Below are positions 24,844-32,000 of a stretch of DNA of 32,000 nt, piece by piece. Each line of letters starts with the position of its first letter. The stretch's first letter is position 1. The position numbers were made by a program, and so were the translations under genes. The stretch covers positions 120,001 to 152,000 of the forward strand of contig NC_014833.1 of NCBI RefSeq assembly GCF_000179635.2, in the 5' to 3' direction. Below the pieces are notes generated by a model. It was given only the letters and a program-made list of their open reading frames with translations. It searched no databases and was not told the DNA's origin. Origin of the DNA: Ruminococcus albus 7 = DSM 20455. GTDB lineage: Bacteria; Bacillota; Clostridia; Oscillospirales; Ruminococcaceae.

Positions 24844-26001
24844 TTACCATATCCTATAATTTCCGCTGAGGGCAAGGAATGCAAAGAGATACAGGCAGTT
24901 ATCGTAGTAACGTCTGTCGCCTTTGCGGAGGGGTTCGTTCCAGAAACGCTCTACCCATTCAGCGGCAAGGCGTACTGACTTATCCTCTGCATCGAGAGAA
25001 AGCTTTCCGCTTATGGCAAGTGATGCCTGTGCTGTTGTTGCAAGCAGTCCCACAGGATGTCTTGCGGGTTCGTCCAGTGGAGTACCGTCTACCTCATAGG
25101 TCATGAAAGGTGCATTTTTATTGATGATGCCGAGAGTATACTGCAAACGTCTTACAGCATCTTCAAGGCGGTCGTCCTTGCCGCCCCATGATCTGTCAAG
25201 ACCGATATTGGCGGCAGTGCGGTAAGCATCGCTGTAGAACCAGTCATGTCTTTCGCTTGCCCATGGGAGAGGACGGGACATGGGAGAACCGTCAAACTCG
25301 CCGTACTCGGGATTCATGCCCGTGATATGGTGGCACGATTTTGCTATGTAATCGCGGCTTGCCTTAGCTGCCTGTGCAAAGAACTCTCTGTCCTCATCAT
25401 AAGCCCACTGTGCGAAAAGCTCATAAAAATGGGGCAGATGATAGGAAGCATCAGTAAAATCAGAACCGGGCACAAAGAGTATCAGCTTGTTATCCCTGTT
25501 CCACATAGGTGCACCTGCCCTGCCGTTTTCGCCCTTGTGCAGGCAGGCGCGGAGTATCTCCTTAGCTTCGTGGGAATAGTTGAATATGCCCTCGCCGTCG
25601 CCCCATCTGTGTGAAGCGAAAAACAGTGCCATAGCGTAGAACTCTTCGCCGTCGGGTGCAGGACCCTCAGCGTTGCTTTTGCCGTCAACGCCGCATGACC
25701 ACCTGAAATAGCCCTCGTTTGCGCCCTCTGTCAGGTACATATATTTCTTTGACCATTTCCATATCTTATCGAAGATATCTTTTTTATCCAGCTGGACAGC
25801 CATCATCATGCCGTAGGACATTCCCTCTGTTCTTGCATCGTGATTGCCTGTATCTTCAAAATAAGCGGTATCACCGTCCTCATGATAGAAGGTGTCATCA
25901 CCGTAAAAAAATTCATTGACTATTTTTTCAAGCCTTGCGGATATTTCTTCGTTTGTCTTACCTATCTCGGCAAAGGCGTTGCGGTAGTTTTTTGTGTTCA
26001 T
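24844..26001 (-). CDS. Glycoside hydrolase family 8, reducing-end xylose-releasing exo-oligoxylanase (Rex)-like
   Basis: 385 aa with no signal peptide. The GH8 catalytic-region motif is DARTEGMSYGMMMAV. Overall length and the N-terminus (NAFAEIGKT..EI..R) match intracellular Rex8-type enzymes. A GGAGG RBS is present. Confidence 0.82.
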   Translation of the reverse strand: MNTKNYRNAFAEIGKTNEEISARLEKIVNEFFYGDDTFYHEDGDTAYFEDTGNHDARTEGMSYGMMMAVQLDKKDIFDKIWKWSKKYMYLTEGANEGYFRWSCGVDGKSNAEGPAPDGEEFYAMALFFASHRWGDGEGIFNYSHEAKEILRACLHKGENGRAGAPMWNRDNKLILFVPGSDFTDASYHLPHFYELFAQWAYDEDREFFAQAAKASRDYIAKSCHHITGMNPEYGEFDGSPMSRPLPWASERHDWFYSDAYRTAANIGLDRSWGGKDDRLEDAVRRLQYTLGIINKNAPFMTYEVDGTPLDEPARHPVGLLATTAQASLAISGKLSLDAEDKSVRLAAEWVERFWNEPLRKGDRRYYDNCLYLFAFLALSGNYRIW

Positions 26002-26094
26002 TTTATACCTCCGTGGTTGATTTTATTAACTATGATTTTATCACGGCACGATATCAAAGTCTAATCAAAAATTGCTGATGACTTGCTGTCTTTT

Positions 26095-26127
26095 TAAAAA
26101 ACACCCCTGCCCTGTGGGGCAGAGGTG
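26095..26127 (-). terminator. Intrinsic terminator ending the alpha-galactosidase/NUDIX operon
   Basis: The hairpin ACACCCCTGCCC-TGT-GGGGCAGAGGTGT has one mismatch. On the minus strand it is followed by T6 (plus-strand A-run at 26095-26100). Confidence 0.65.
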
Positions 26128-26135
26128 TTTTGGTA

Positions 26136-26555
26136 TCATAGTATGCGGTATCTTTCGGGGTGTAGCTTCAGTATCTCCAGCATATGCCCGATATTTCCCT
26201 CCCCTGCATACTTTTTCATATCGAAAAAATCTTCGGTGAGGGGCATCCATTCAAGGTCATTTTCATCGCCGCTGACTTCGGTGGGCTGACTTAGCTGACC
26301 TGCCCATACCTCCACATAACAGCCGTCCATGGGGTAATCGAAGGTCATAAGGCGTTCTAAGGTTATATCCTCGCGGGTGATGGAAGTCTCTTCAAAAAGT
26401 TCGCGGTAGGCTGCGTGTTCGCCCTCCTCGCCTTTTTCGATCTTACCGCCCACCAGATTGTACAGCCCTTTGTAGGGATCCTTACGGCGTTTGCACATCA
26501 GCCACTCGTCACCCTCGGGTGAGAGGACTATCATGCAGTTGTAGCCTTGTACCAT
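26136..26555 (-). CDS. NUDIX hydrolase
   Basis: 139 aa. The Nudix box GGKIEKGEEGEHAAYRELFEETSI fits GX5EX7REUXEEXGU. An AAGGAAG RBS is present. Confidence 0.88.
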   Translation of the reverse strand: MVQGYNCMIVLSPEGDEWLMCKRRKDPYKGLYNLVGGKIEKGEEGEHAAYRELFEETSITREDITLERLMTFDYPMDGCYVEVWAGQLSQPTEVSGDENDLEWMPLTEDFFDMKKYAGEGNIGHMLEILKLHPERYRIL

Positions 26556-26591
26556 GAGGTCACTTCCTTATATTTTTAGTCGGTATATCAA

Positions 26592-27269
26592 TCAGTTGAA
26601 ATGAACAAGATCGTAGGGATAGTATTGTTCATTTTGCAGGTCGCTGTCGTTGAGACCAAGTCTTTTGGCGACGGCGGCGGATTCAAAAGACCAGTAGCCG
26701 TTATAGCAGTATTTATTTTCCAGTTCGTGGGTGCCGTACCACGCACTGCCTTTTGAACCTTTATACCAGCCTTTCAGGTATTTGAGGAATGGTTCTCTGT
26801 CTTCGGCTTCGATGCTTTTTACCAAATTTTTGTAGGGTTTCGGGAAGGATATTTTTGATGCATCGAAGTTGTCTTTATTTCCTGTGAGGATAAACTCCAG
26901 CAGAGAGTCATAGTTATCGGCGTTTTGCAATTTGTCTTTTATGCTTTTCAGCTTATCGGCTTCAAGACCGAGAAGATATGCAAGTGAGGCATAGATGATA
27001 TTGCTGTCGTAGACCGAATCGTCCCATGCTTCGCAGAAAAGTTCGACAGTGGAATCGAATTCCTGTTTGATATCATTGAGAGGGTCGCCTTTGGAATACT
27101 TGGCGATGATTATACCTATCTTTTTTTGCAGAATGTAGTCCTTTATAAATAGTATCTTATCTGCCTGATATTTTCCTTCGGAAAGACCATTTTCAAATTT
27201 TTGGATACCTTCTGACGTTTTTTGGATATACTGGTCGAAATATTCTTTGGGTTTTAATGTATCACGCAT
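26592..27269 (-). CDS. PoNi-like (DUF1910/DUF1911) putative immunity-family protein
   Basis: 225 aa. The C-terminal segment LKGWYKGSKGSAWYGTHE...YNGYWSFESAAVAKRLGLNDSDL..EQYYPYDL matches my memory of the DUF1911/PoNi C-terminal domain. This is unverified. It starts 12 nt after the alpha-galactosidase stop. Confidence 0.55.
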   Translation of the reverse strand: MRDTLKPKEYFDQYIQKTSEGIQKFENGLSEGKYQADKILFIKDYILQKKIGIIIAKYSKGDPLNDIKQEFDSTVELFCEAWDDSVYDSNIIYASLAYLLGLEADKLKSIKDKLQNADNYDSLLEFILTGNKDNFDASKISFPKPYKNLVKSIEAEDREPFLKYLKGWYKGSKGSAWYGTHELENKYCYNGYWSFESAAVAKRLGLNDSDLQNEQYYPYDLVHFN

Positions 27270-27281
27270 GGGGGTCTTCTT

Positions 27282-29492
27282 TTAGTGTTTGATATAGTGG
27301 AGTATCTTTGAGGAGTAGTCACCGCTTATGCCGTCGGCGCCCCATATCTTTGCACAGTTGATACCTGCGTTCATCAGTGCCGCACCCGATATCAGCTTGT
27401 CGGGTTCGCTTTCCTCATAGTAGTAAGCATCGGGGTCAAGACCTTTCAGCTTTATCCTGCGTGAGCGCATATTCGGTCTTGCCATTACCTGCACGAACTC
27501 GAACAGGGCTTCGCTCTTATCCTTTGCAACGAACATCCATGCATCCCATGTGTTGTCTTCAAACATATTGCCTATGCGGTAGTGGTCGCCTGTGCGGACG
27601 AGAGGATTGTACTTCTTGAACTCCTCTATCTGGGCAGGTATCATATCCCTGTCCTCCTGAGGTATGCGTGTTACATCGAGTTCATAGCCGAAAGTTCCCA
27701 CCATGGCAACGTGCCCCCTTGTTTTGAAAGGAGTATTTCTGCCGACGGTATGGTTGGGGCAGTCGGAAACGTGTGCGCCCATAGCCGAACAGGGGTAGCA
27801 TATGGAAGTGCCGTGCTGTATCTTCAGGCGCTCAATGGCATCGGTATCGTCGGAACACCATATCTGCGGAGAATAATAAAGCATAGCAGGGTCAAATCTT
27901 GCACCGCCGCCCGAGCAGTTCTCCAGCAATATATGGGGATAATCGGCGGTTAGTCTGCCCATGAGGTCATATACACCAAGGACGTATCTGTGCCAGAGTT
28001 CGCGCTGTCTTTCGACGGGGAGTGCGGCTGAACCGACTTCTGTAAGCTGACGGTTCATATCCCATTTGATATACTCTATATTGGCATTGTCGAGTATATT
28101 CTTCATCATGGAGTAAACGTAGTCGCGTACCTCCTTGCGGGAGTAATCAAGTACGTACTGCTCGCGGCAGAGAGTCAGGGGTCTGCCTTTTATCTGTATA
28201 GCCCAGTCGGGGTGAGCGCGGTAGAGGTCGGAATCGGGAGATATCATTTCGGGCTCGAACCAAAGACCGAACTTCATTCCCAGCTTGTTGACTTCTTCAA
28301 CAAGGTGCTTCAGACCGCCCTCAAGTTTCTTTTCATAAACGAACCAGTCACCGAGAGATGAGTTATCGGAATCCCTGTGACCGAACCAGCCGTCATCCAG
28401 AACGAGCATCTCTATGCCCAGCCTGGAGGCCTCCTTTGCGATCGAGATTATCTTCTCGGTGTTGAAGTTGAAGTAGGTAGCCTCCCAGTTGTTGATAAGT
28501 ATGGGTCGGCGCTTGTCCTTATACTCGCCGCGGATAAGGTTCTCGCGGTAGAGGTCATGGAAGGTGCGCGACATTTTGCCTATGCCCTCATCGGAGTGTA
28601 CCATTACTACCTCGGGGGCGGTGAAAGTTTCGCCAGATTCAAGGAGCCATTCAAAATCAAGGGGATTTATGCCCATGACGAAACGTGTCTTTTTGTGCTG
28701 TGTGACTTCTGCCTGAGCGAAGAAGTTGCCCGAATAAACGAAGTTGAAACCGAAGACCTCTCCCATATCCTCGTCTGCATTATGTGCGCACAGTGCAACG
28801 AATGGGTTGTTCTGGTGGGAAGATTCGCCGCGGCAGGAATCTATGCTCTGCTTGCCGTGGTGGAGGGGTGCACGTTCAATATGGCGCTCCCTTGCCCATG
28901 AACCGTTCAGCGTTATCATATCCATCTTGTCGGTATCGAATTCAACGCAGGCAGAAAGGGCACGGGTTAGTTTAAGGGGCTTGTCTGAGGTGTTTGTAAA
29001 TCTCACCGAACGGGTGATAGCATCAAGGTTTTCAAATACAGAATATACCAGCACAGCTTCAAGTCCTGTGTGGGCATCTTCCATGGTGATTTCAAGAGTC
29101 TGTGCAGGGCTTTTTTCGGTGGCGAAAGTTGCCGGCATACCCTCGAGAGCAGGCTTGCCGTCATATATCCTGTGGGAAACATATCTCAGGTCGCAGGAGG
29201 ACATACCTTCGCTGTCAAGTATTTTAAGCGTGCTTTCGCGGTAGTCTCCGATACCGAAGCAGGGATATTCAAATGGAGTGGTATCGAGATACACAGCTCT
29301 GTCGCGGTCATTGGTCTCGGGGGTGAAGGGGCTTTCATCAAGGCGCAGCAGCCAGTCCATATCCTCATCGGGGACTTTTTTGCCGTAGTAAACATGTCCG
29401 AGATATTCGCCGTTTATCACTTTGAACATATAGTCGGTGTTGTTGGCGCGAAGTTTGAATGAACGTGTTTTTTCGTTGTAGGTTATACTCAT
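27282..29492 (-). CDS. Alpha-galactosidase, glycoside hydrolase family 36
   Basis: 736 aa. The GH36 motifs are YIKWDMNR (nucleophile region) and LENCSGGGARFD. Length and domain order match AgaA-type enzymes. A GGAGG RBS is present. Confidence 0.93.
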   Translation of the reverse strand: MSITYNEKTRSFKLRANNTDYMFKVINGEYLGHVYYGKKVPDEDMDWLLRLDESPFTPETNDRDRAVYLDTTPFEYPCFGIGDYRESTLKILDSEGMSSCDLRYVSHRIYDGKPALEGMPATFATEKSPAQTLEITMEDAHTGLEAVLVYSVFENLDAITRSVRFTNTSDKPLKLTRALSACVEFDTDKMDMITLNGSWARERHIERAPLHHGKQSIDSCRGESSHQNNPFVALCAHNADEDMGEVFGFNFVYSGNFFAQAEVTQHKKTRFVMGINPLDFEWLLESGETFTAPEVVMVHSDEGIGKMSRTFHDLYRENLIRGEYKDKRRPILINNWEATYFNFNTEKIISIAKEASRLGIEMLVLDDGWFGHRDSDNSSLGDWFVYEKKLEGGLKHLVEEVNKLGMKFGLWFEPEMISPDSDLYRAHPDWAIQIKGRPLTLCREQYVLDYSRKEVRDYVYSMMKNILDNANIEYIKWDMNRQLTEVGSAALPVERQRELWHRYVLGVYDLMGRLTADYPHILLENCSGGGARFDPAMLYYSPQIWCSDDTDAIERLKIQHGTSICYPCSAMGAHVSDCPNHTVGRNTPFKTRGHVAMVGTFGYELDVTRIPQEDRDMIPAQIEEFKKYNPLVRTGDHYRIGNMFEDNTWDAWMFVAKDKSEALFEFVQVMARPNMRSRRIKLKGLDPDAYYYEESEPDKLISGAALMNAGINCAKIWGADGISGDYSSKILHYIKH

Positions 29493-29510
29493 GATGGTAC
29501 CTCCGTTTGC

Positions 29511-29963
29511 TTATATTACCGTAAGATCGTCGGCTTCGGTGTCTTTGTAGTGCAGAGTGAGTATCTCTGCAAGATCGCTGTGGGTGAGGATATCAAGCCT
29601 GTTCATATTATCAAAATCAAGGGAATCCCAGTCGTAACTTTCTGCATCGGGGATACGAACAGTTCCCGTGCAGTATGTTGTAACACGGAAAAGATATTCA
29701 TTGTTTTCACCTATTGCGTTGATTATCGCGGGCATCTCAAAATTAAGAGTGAGATGACCGTTTTGTTCTTCAAAGTCAGTGACTATGAATTCATCGGACT
29801 CATGAACTTCTGCGCGGGCTATTTTTTCAACAGTTGTTTTTTCTGTATATATCAGATGTCTGAGTTCTTCTTTTATATTTTCAAAATCTTTTTCGACGTA
29901 TTCGCTGACTATGTCCCAAAGGAAAGCTTCTCCTATGATCTCTGCAAGTTCGTTGTTATCCAT
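29511..29963 (-). CDS. Small acidic cytoplasmic protein of unknown function, first gene of the alpha-galactosidase operon
   Basis: The ORF track gives 29511..30053. The internal ATG at 29963 (MDNNELAEII) has a GAGG RBS 7 nt upstream and a promoter at 30001-30029. The longer N-terminus has no RBS and would overlap that promoter. 150 aa. Confidence 0.6.
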   Translation of the reverse strand: MDNNELAEIIGEAFLWDIVSEYVEKDFENIKEELRHLIYTEKTTVEKIARAEVHESDEFIVTDFEEQNGHLTLNFEMPAIINAIGENNEYLFRVTTYCTGTVRIPDAESYDWDSLDFDNMNRLDILTHSDLAEILTLHYKDTEADDLTVI

Positions 29964-30000
29964 TGTTATACCTCTGTAGAATAAATTTATCGTTTTCACA

Positions 30001-30029
30001 ATTGTACCAAAAAAAACAGAAATAATCAA
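30001..30029 (-). promoter_or_regulatory. Candidate sigma-A promoter of the 29963-26136 operon
   Basis: The minus strand reads TTGATT (30029-30024), 17 nt, then TACAAT (30006-30001). Confidence 0.4.
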
Positions 30030-30263
30030 CACTTGTAAACGATTAGAGGACATATAATTTTGTGAACTTTCTGTAAACGAAGGGATAGACGCCCAAAAAG
30101 GGACTTTTCGGGGGTTAACGGGTTGTCATATTTATTACGGCTTTATTACAGTTGAGAACTGACGGCAATTTGACGGAGAACGTTTGAAGTACGTCTTTTG
30201 GGACAGACTGTGTAACCGAATGATTACACTGCGGTTACATTAAAGGGAGAAAAAAAGGACGAA

Positions 30264-30353
30264 TGTTGAAATGCTGAAAAGTTTTCAACAATCAAAAAGC
30301 GAAAATCAAGTTTTTACACCCTCTTTTCAACAGTTTCAACAGAGTTTTCAACA
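30264..30353. repeat. Cluster of five (T/G)TTTCAACA boxes, four direct and one inverted
   Basis: The inverted box TGTTGAAA lies at 30264-30271. Direct boxes are TTTTCAACA at 30282-30290, 30324-30332 and 30345-30353, and GTTTCAACA at 30333-30341. The last three are spaced 9 and 12 nt start to start. Confidence 0.75.
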
Positions 30354-30504
30354 ATTTTGAAGATGAGAATGTTGGATAAAAAGCTGTCCAAAAAAGTTCT
30401 TGTTACCGTTTTTTAACTGTTTGTAACTTAATAATGGAAAGTTAATACAGTATCGGAAGGTTAAGCTGATATTTCCCGAAATACAGGGAAAGGGCGAAAA
30501 TCAT

Positions 30505-30528
30505 GGTTATAGTTGGTATAGTTGGGTA
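30505..30528 (+). repeat. Short tandem repeat GGTTATAGTT-GGTATAGTT-GGGTA
   Basis: Read directly from the sequence. It lies 59 nt upstream of the -35 at 30587. Confidence 0.6.
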
Positions 30529-30586
30529 AACAAAAAGAGCTGATCATTCTTGTGAAAAATGTCTAACGAAAATACTTAACAAGATG

Positions 30587-30615
30587 TTTACAAATAGGCG
30601 AAAATATGTTATAAT
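30587..30615 (+). promoter_or_regulatory. Sigma-A-type promoter of the PRTase-fold gene
   Basis: TTTACA (30587-30592), 17 nt, then TGTTATAAT (TATAAT at 30610-30615). Confidence 0.55.
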
Positions 30616-30711
30616 ATAAACAGCGGAAACCGAAATGCCGCATTTAATTGCATACCACAGGGTATGATATAAAGTATATTCATGCCCTGTTGTCTAAAAG
30701 GAGGATTAACA

Positions 30712-31341
30712 ATGGAAGAACGTTTGCAGACTATACAGTCGGTAAAAAACAAAAAGGTGCAGATAGGCATAATACCCGGACACTATGCCACTAACCATTC
30801 GCACGTTAATTATTATGTTGATATGACATCAATAAAGACAAGCCTGAAGATGGCTAAGGAAGCGGCACATGAGCTGGGCAGCACTTATGCCAACACAAAT
30901 ATCGAAACGATAATATGTCTTGAAGGAACAGAGATTCTCGGCGGTTTTCTTGCAGACTATCTTTCACAGGCAGGCATAAACAAGGGTGAGGATATAAACC
31001 TTATCACGCCTGAGCTTAATGCAGTGAATCAGATGATATTCCGTGACAACACCCAGAAGAAGATATGGGGCAAGCAGGTACTTCTGCTGATATCCAGTGC
31101 TTCAACAGGAAAGAGTATCAGACGTGCTGTTGATTGTCTGCAGTATTACAGCGGAAAGCTGACAGCTGTAGGAGCTATATTCTCGGCTATCGACAAGTTC
31201 GATGATATACCTGTACACGCACTGTTCACCGCAGAAGACCTTCCGCATTACGAGAACTATCTTGCTAACGACTGTCCTATGTGTAAGAACGGTCAGAAGG
31301 TAGATGCACTGATAAACAGTTTTGGTTATTCAAAGCTGTAA
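30712..31341 (+). CDS. Phosphoribosyltransferase-fold protein with an atypical PRPP loop
   Basis: The ORF track starts at 30682, but an AAAGGAGG RBS 7 nt upstream supports the ATG at 30712 (MEERLQTIQ). The PRPP-loop-like segment is QVLLLISSASTGKSIRRAV, where Ser-Ser occupies the usual acidic pair. A C-terminal CPMC is present. Confidence 0.6.
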   Translation: MEERLQTIQSVKNKKVQIGIIPGHYATNHSHVNYYVDMTSIKTSLKMAKEAAHELGSTYANTNIETIICLEGTEILGGFLADYLSQAGINKGEDINLITPELNAVNQMIFRDNTQKKIWGKQVLLLISSASTGKSIRRAVDCLQYYSGKLTAVGAIFSAIDKFDDIPVHALFTAEDLPHYENYLANDCPMCKNGQKVDALINSFGYSKL

Positions 31342-31352
31342 TGAACGATATT

Positions 31353-31385
31353 TCCCCCGGATGCTGCCGTATCCGGGGGATTTTT
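31353..31385 (+). terminator. Intrinsic terminator
   Basis: A perfect 10-bp stem TCCCCCGGAT / ATCCGGGGGA with an 8-nt loop, followed by TTTTT. Confidence 0.88.
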
Positions 31386-31483
31386 CTGATACAAAAATCA
31401 TGTCATAAATTTCCTGTAATAACAACGCGGCAATAGCATACAATATAATCGCAAGCCCGAATAAAACAAAAGGAGAAACGATA

Positions 31484-31672
31484 ATGAAAGGTGTAACAAC
31501 TCAGCAGGGCAGAGATACTCTCAACAAGTTCAAGATGGAGGCAGCAAATGAAGTTGGTGTCAACATCAAGCAGGGTTACAATGGTGACCTGACTTCAAGA
31601 GAGGCAGGCTCCGTTGGCGGCCAGATGGTCAAGAAGATGATCGATGCTTACAAGACAGGCAGCAAGCAGTAA
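31484..31672 (+). CDS. Alpha/beta-type small acid-soluble spore protein (SASP)
   Basis: 62 aa. The two SASP signatures are KFKMEAANEVGV and GDLTSREAGSVGGQMVKKMI. An AAGGAGA RBS is present. Confidence 0.9.
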   Translation: MKGVTTQQGRDTLNKFKMEAANEVGVNIKQGYNGDLTSREAGSVGGQMVKKMIDAYKTGSKQ

Positions 31673-31728
31673 GATCTGCTCCGCCCGACGCGGGCGGGTA
31701 CATAAAGCCGCGCAATTCATTACACAAC

Positions 31729-31770
31729 AAAAACGGATAGCCGCCAGATAATGACGGTCTATCCGTTTTT
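31729..31770. terminator. Bidirectional intrinsic terminator between the SASP gene and the convergent partial gene
   Basis: AAAAACGGATAG...CTATCCGTTTTT forms an 8-bp outer stem plus inner CCG/CGG pairs. An A-run and a T-run flank it. Confidence 0.7.
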
Positions 31771-31798
31771 CGTGTATGTAATCAGATCAGTGTGACTA

Positions 31799-32000
31799 TC
31801 ACTTTATAGTAACAGTCACTGCATTTTTGATAGCGTTTGTAGTATCCCATTTGCCGTTAACTCTTGCGGCGATAGCTACTTTGTAGGTCTTGCCGGGGGT
31901 GAGATTTTTAGGAGAAGTGTAGGTGGTTCCGGTGATATCATGCTTCTGAACTCTCCACTTTCCTGCCAGATAAACAGCTATTCCGTAACTGTCAGCGTTT
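31799..32000 (-). CDS. 3' end of a larger gene that continues beyond the window (beta-sandwich/Ig- or FN3-like C-terminal domain)
   Basis: This ORF is not in the track. The minus-strand frame is open from the window edge and reads ..NADSYGIAVYLAGKWRVQKHDITGTTYTSPKNLTPGKTYKVAIAARVNGKWDTTNAIKNAVTVTIK*, with TGA at 31801-31799. A terminator follows directly. Confidence 0.5.
   Translation of the reverse strand, partial: NADSYGIAVYLAGKWRVQKHDITGTTYTSPKNLTPGKTYKVAIAARVNGKWDTTNAIKNAVTVTIK

Noticed and set aside
24641-24884. 66-aa (+) and 78-aa (-) ORFs inside the right arm of the palindrome.
   Set aside because: Neither has an RBS. They cross a terminator, or the stop of the GH8 gene. Their existence follows from the repeat sequence. 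The mirrored left arm has no equivalent frame.
30264-30353. A DnaA-box cluster/oriC, or a Spo0A 0A-box array.
   Set aside because: TTTTCAACA differs from TTATCCACA at two positions, including the conserved CC. There is no dnaA/dnaN, no AT-rich DUE context and no exact DnaA box nearby. The 0A box requires C at the position where these boxes have T. The array is kept as an unexplained repeat instead.
31381-31483. A forespore sigma-G/sigma-F-type promoter upstream of the SASP gene.
   Set aside because: Only partial matches exist (GTAATA near 31416 and CATACAA at 31437), and their spacing is off by 1-2 nt from the GHATR-17/18-CATxxTA pattern as I remember it. This is not enough to call.
31681-31697. 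The hairpin CCGCCCG-ACG-CGGGCGG right after the SASP stop, considered as a terminator.
   Set aside because: A GC-rich 7-bp stem is present but no U-run follows on either strand. The canonical bidirectional terminator at 31729-31770 is the better candidate.
1-32000. CRISPR arrays, IS elements or transposases, integrases, prophage genes, rRNA, and known defence-system domains (nucleases, helicases, STAND or SIR2/TIR-like proteins, RT).
   Set aside because: I scanned the ORF translations and the intergenic repeats and found no spaced direct-repeat array, no DDE, serine or tyrosine recombinase motifs and no such enzymatic domains. The only ATPase is the ABC transporter subunit.

Overview
This 32-kb chromosomal segment reads like a Gram-positive, fibre-degrading Clostridia genome (Ruminococcus/Oscillospiraceae-like). 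The taxon is only an inference from gene content: an alpha/beta SASP, a SleB-type hydrolase, CE2/GH8/GH36/SGNH hemicellulose side-chain enzymes, AGGAGG-type RBSs and TTGACA-17-TGnTATAAT promoters. I call 30 protein-coding genes (one partial at the 3' edge), 3 tRNAs (Pro-UGG, Thr-UGU, Tyr-GUA), about 12 intrinsic terminators and 9 sigma-A-type promoters.

Gene content, in order:
- CE2-like esterase, NIF3-like protein and a coiled-coil membrane protein.
- A MacB-type ABC exporter operon with two HlyD-like adaptors (3254-8797).
- A CAP-domain protein, then a 3-gene cassette of small unknown proteins.
- A SleB-like cell-wall hydrolase.
- An isolated RnfC-like/RnfD-like pair downstream of an XRE regulator.
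- A housekeeping run: histidine phosphatase, membrane protein, RluA-family synthase, aroK, trmK and the tRNAs.
- An SGNH lipoprotein esterase, glmS and a GH8 Rex-like enzyme.
- An operon of small unknown protein, GH36 alpha-galactosidase, PoNi/DUF1911-like protein and NUDIX hydrolase.
- A PRTase-fold protein and a SASP.

I found no rRNA, CRISPR, transposase, integrase, phage or recognisable defence-system genes. I do not see a convincing new multi-gene protein system.

The most unusual signals are non-coding or contextual:
1. A 408-bp imperfect palindrome between glmS and the GH8 gene. It is built from two inverted copies of a repeat with exactly conserved blocks and a covarying long hairpin. 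A third, truncated copy lies at the window start.
2. An orphan RnfC/RnfD-like pair with apparently degenerate cofactor motifs and a long structured upstream region.
3. A 530-bp ORF-free region carrying five TTTTCAACA boxes plus other repeats.
4. A toxin-less PoNi-like immunity gene embedded in a sugar operon.
5. glmS without a recognisable glmS ribozyme.

All family assignments come from motif recognition by eye. No searches were run.
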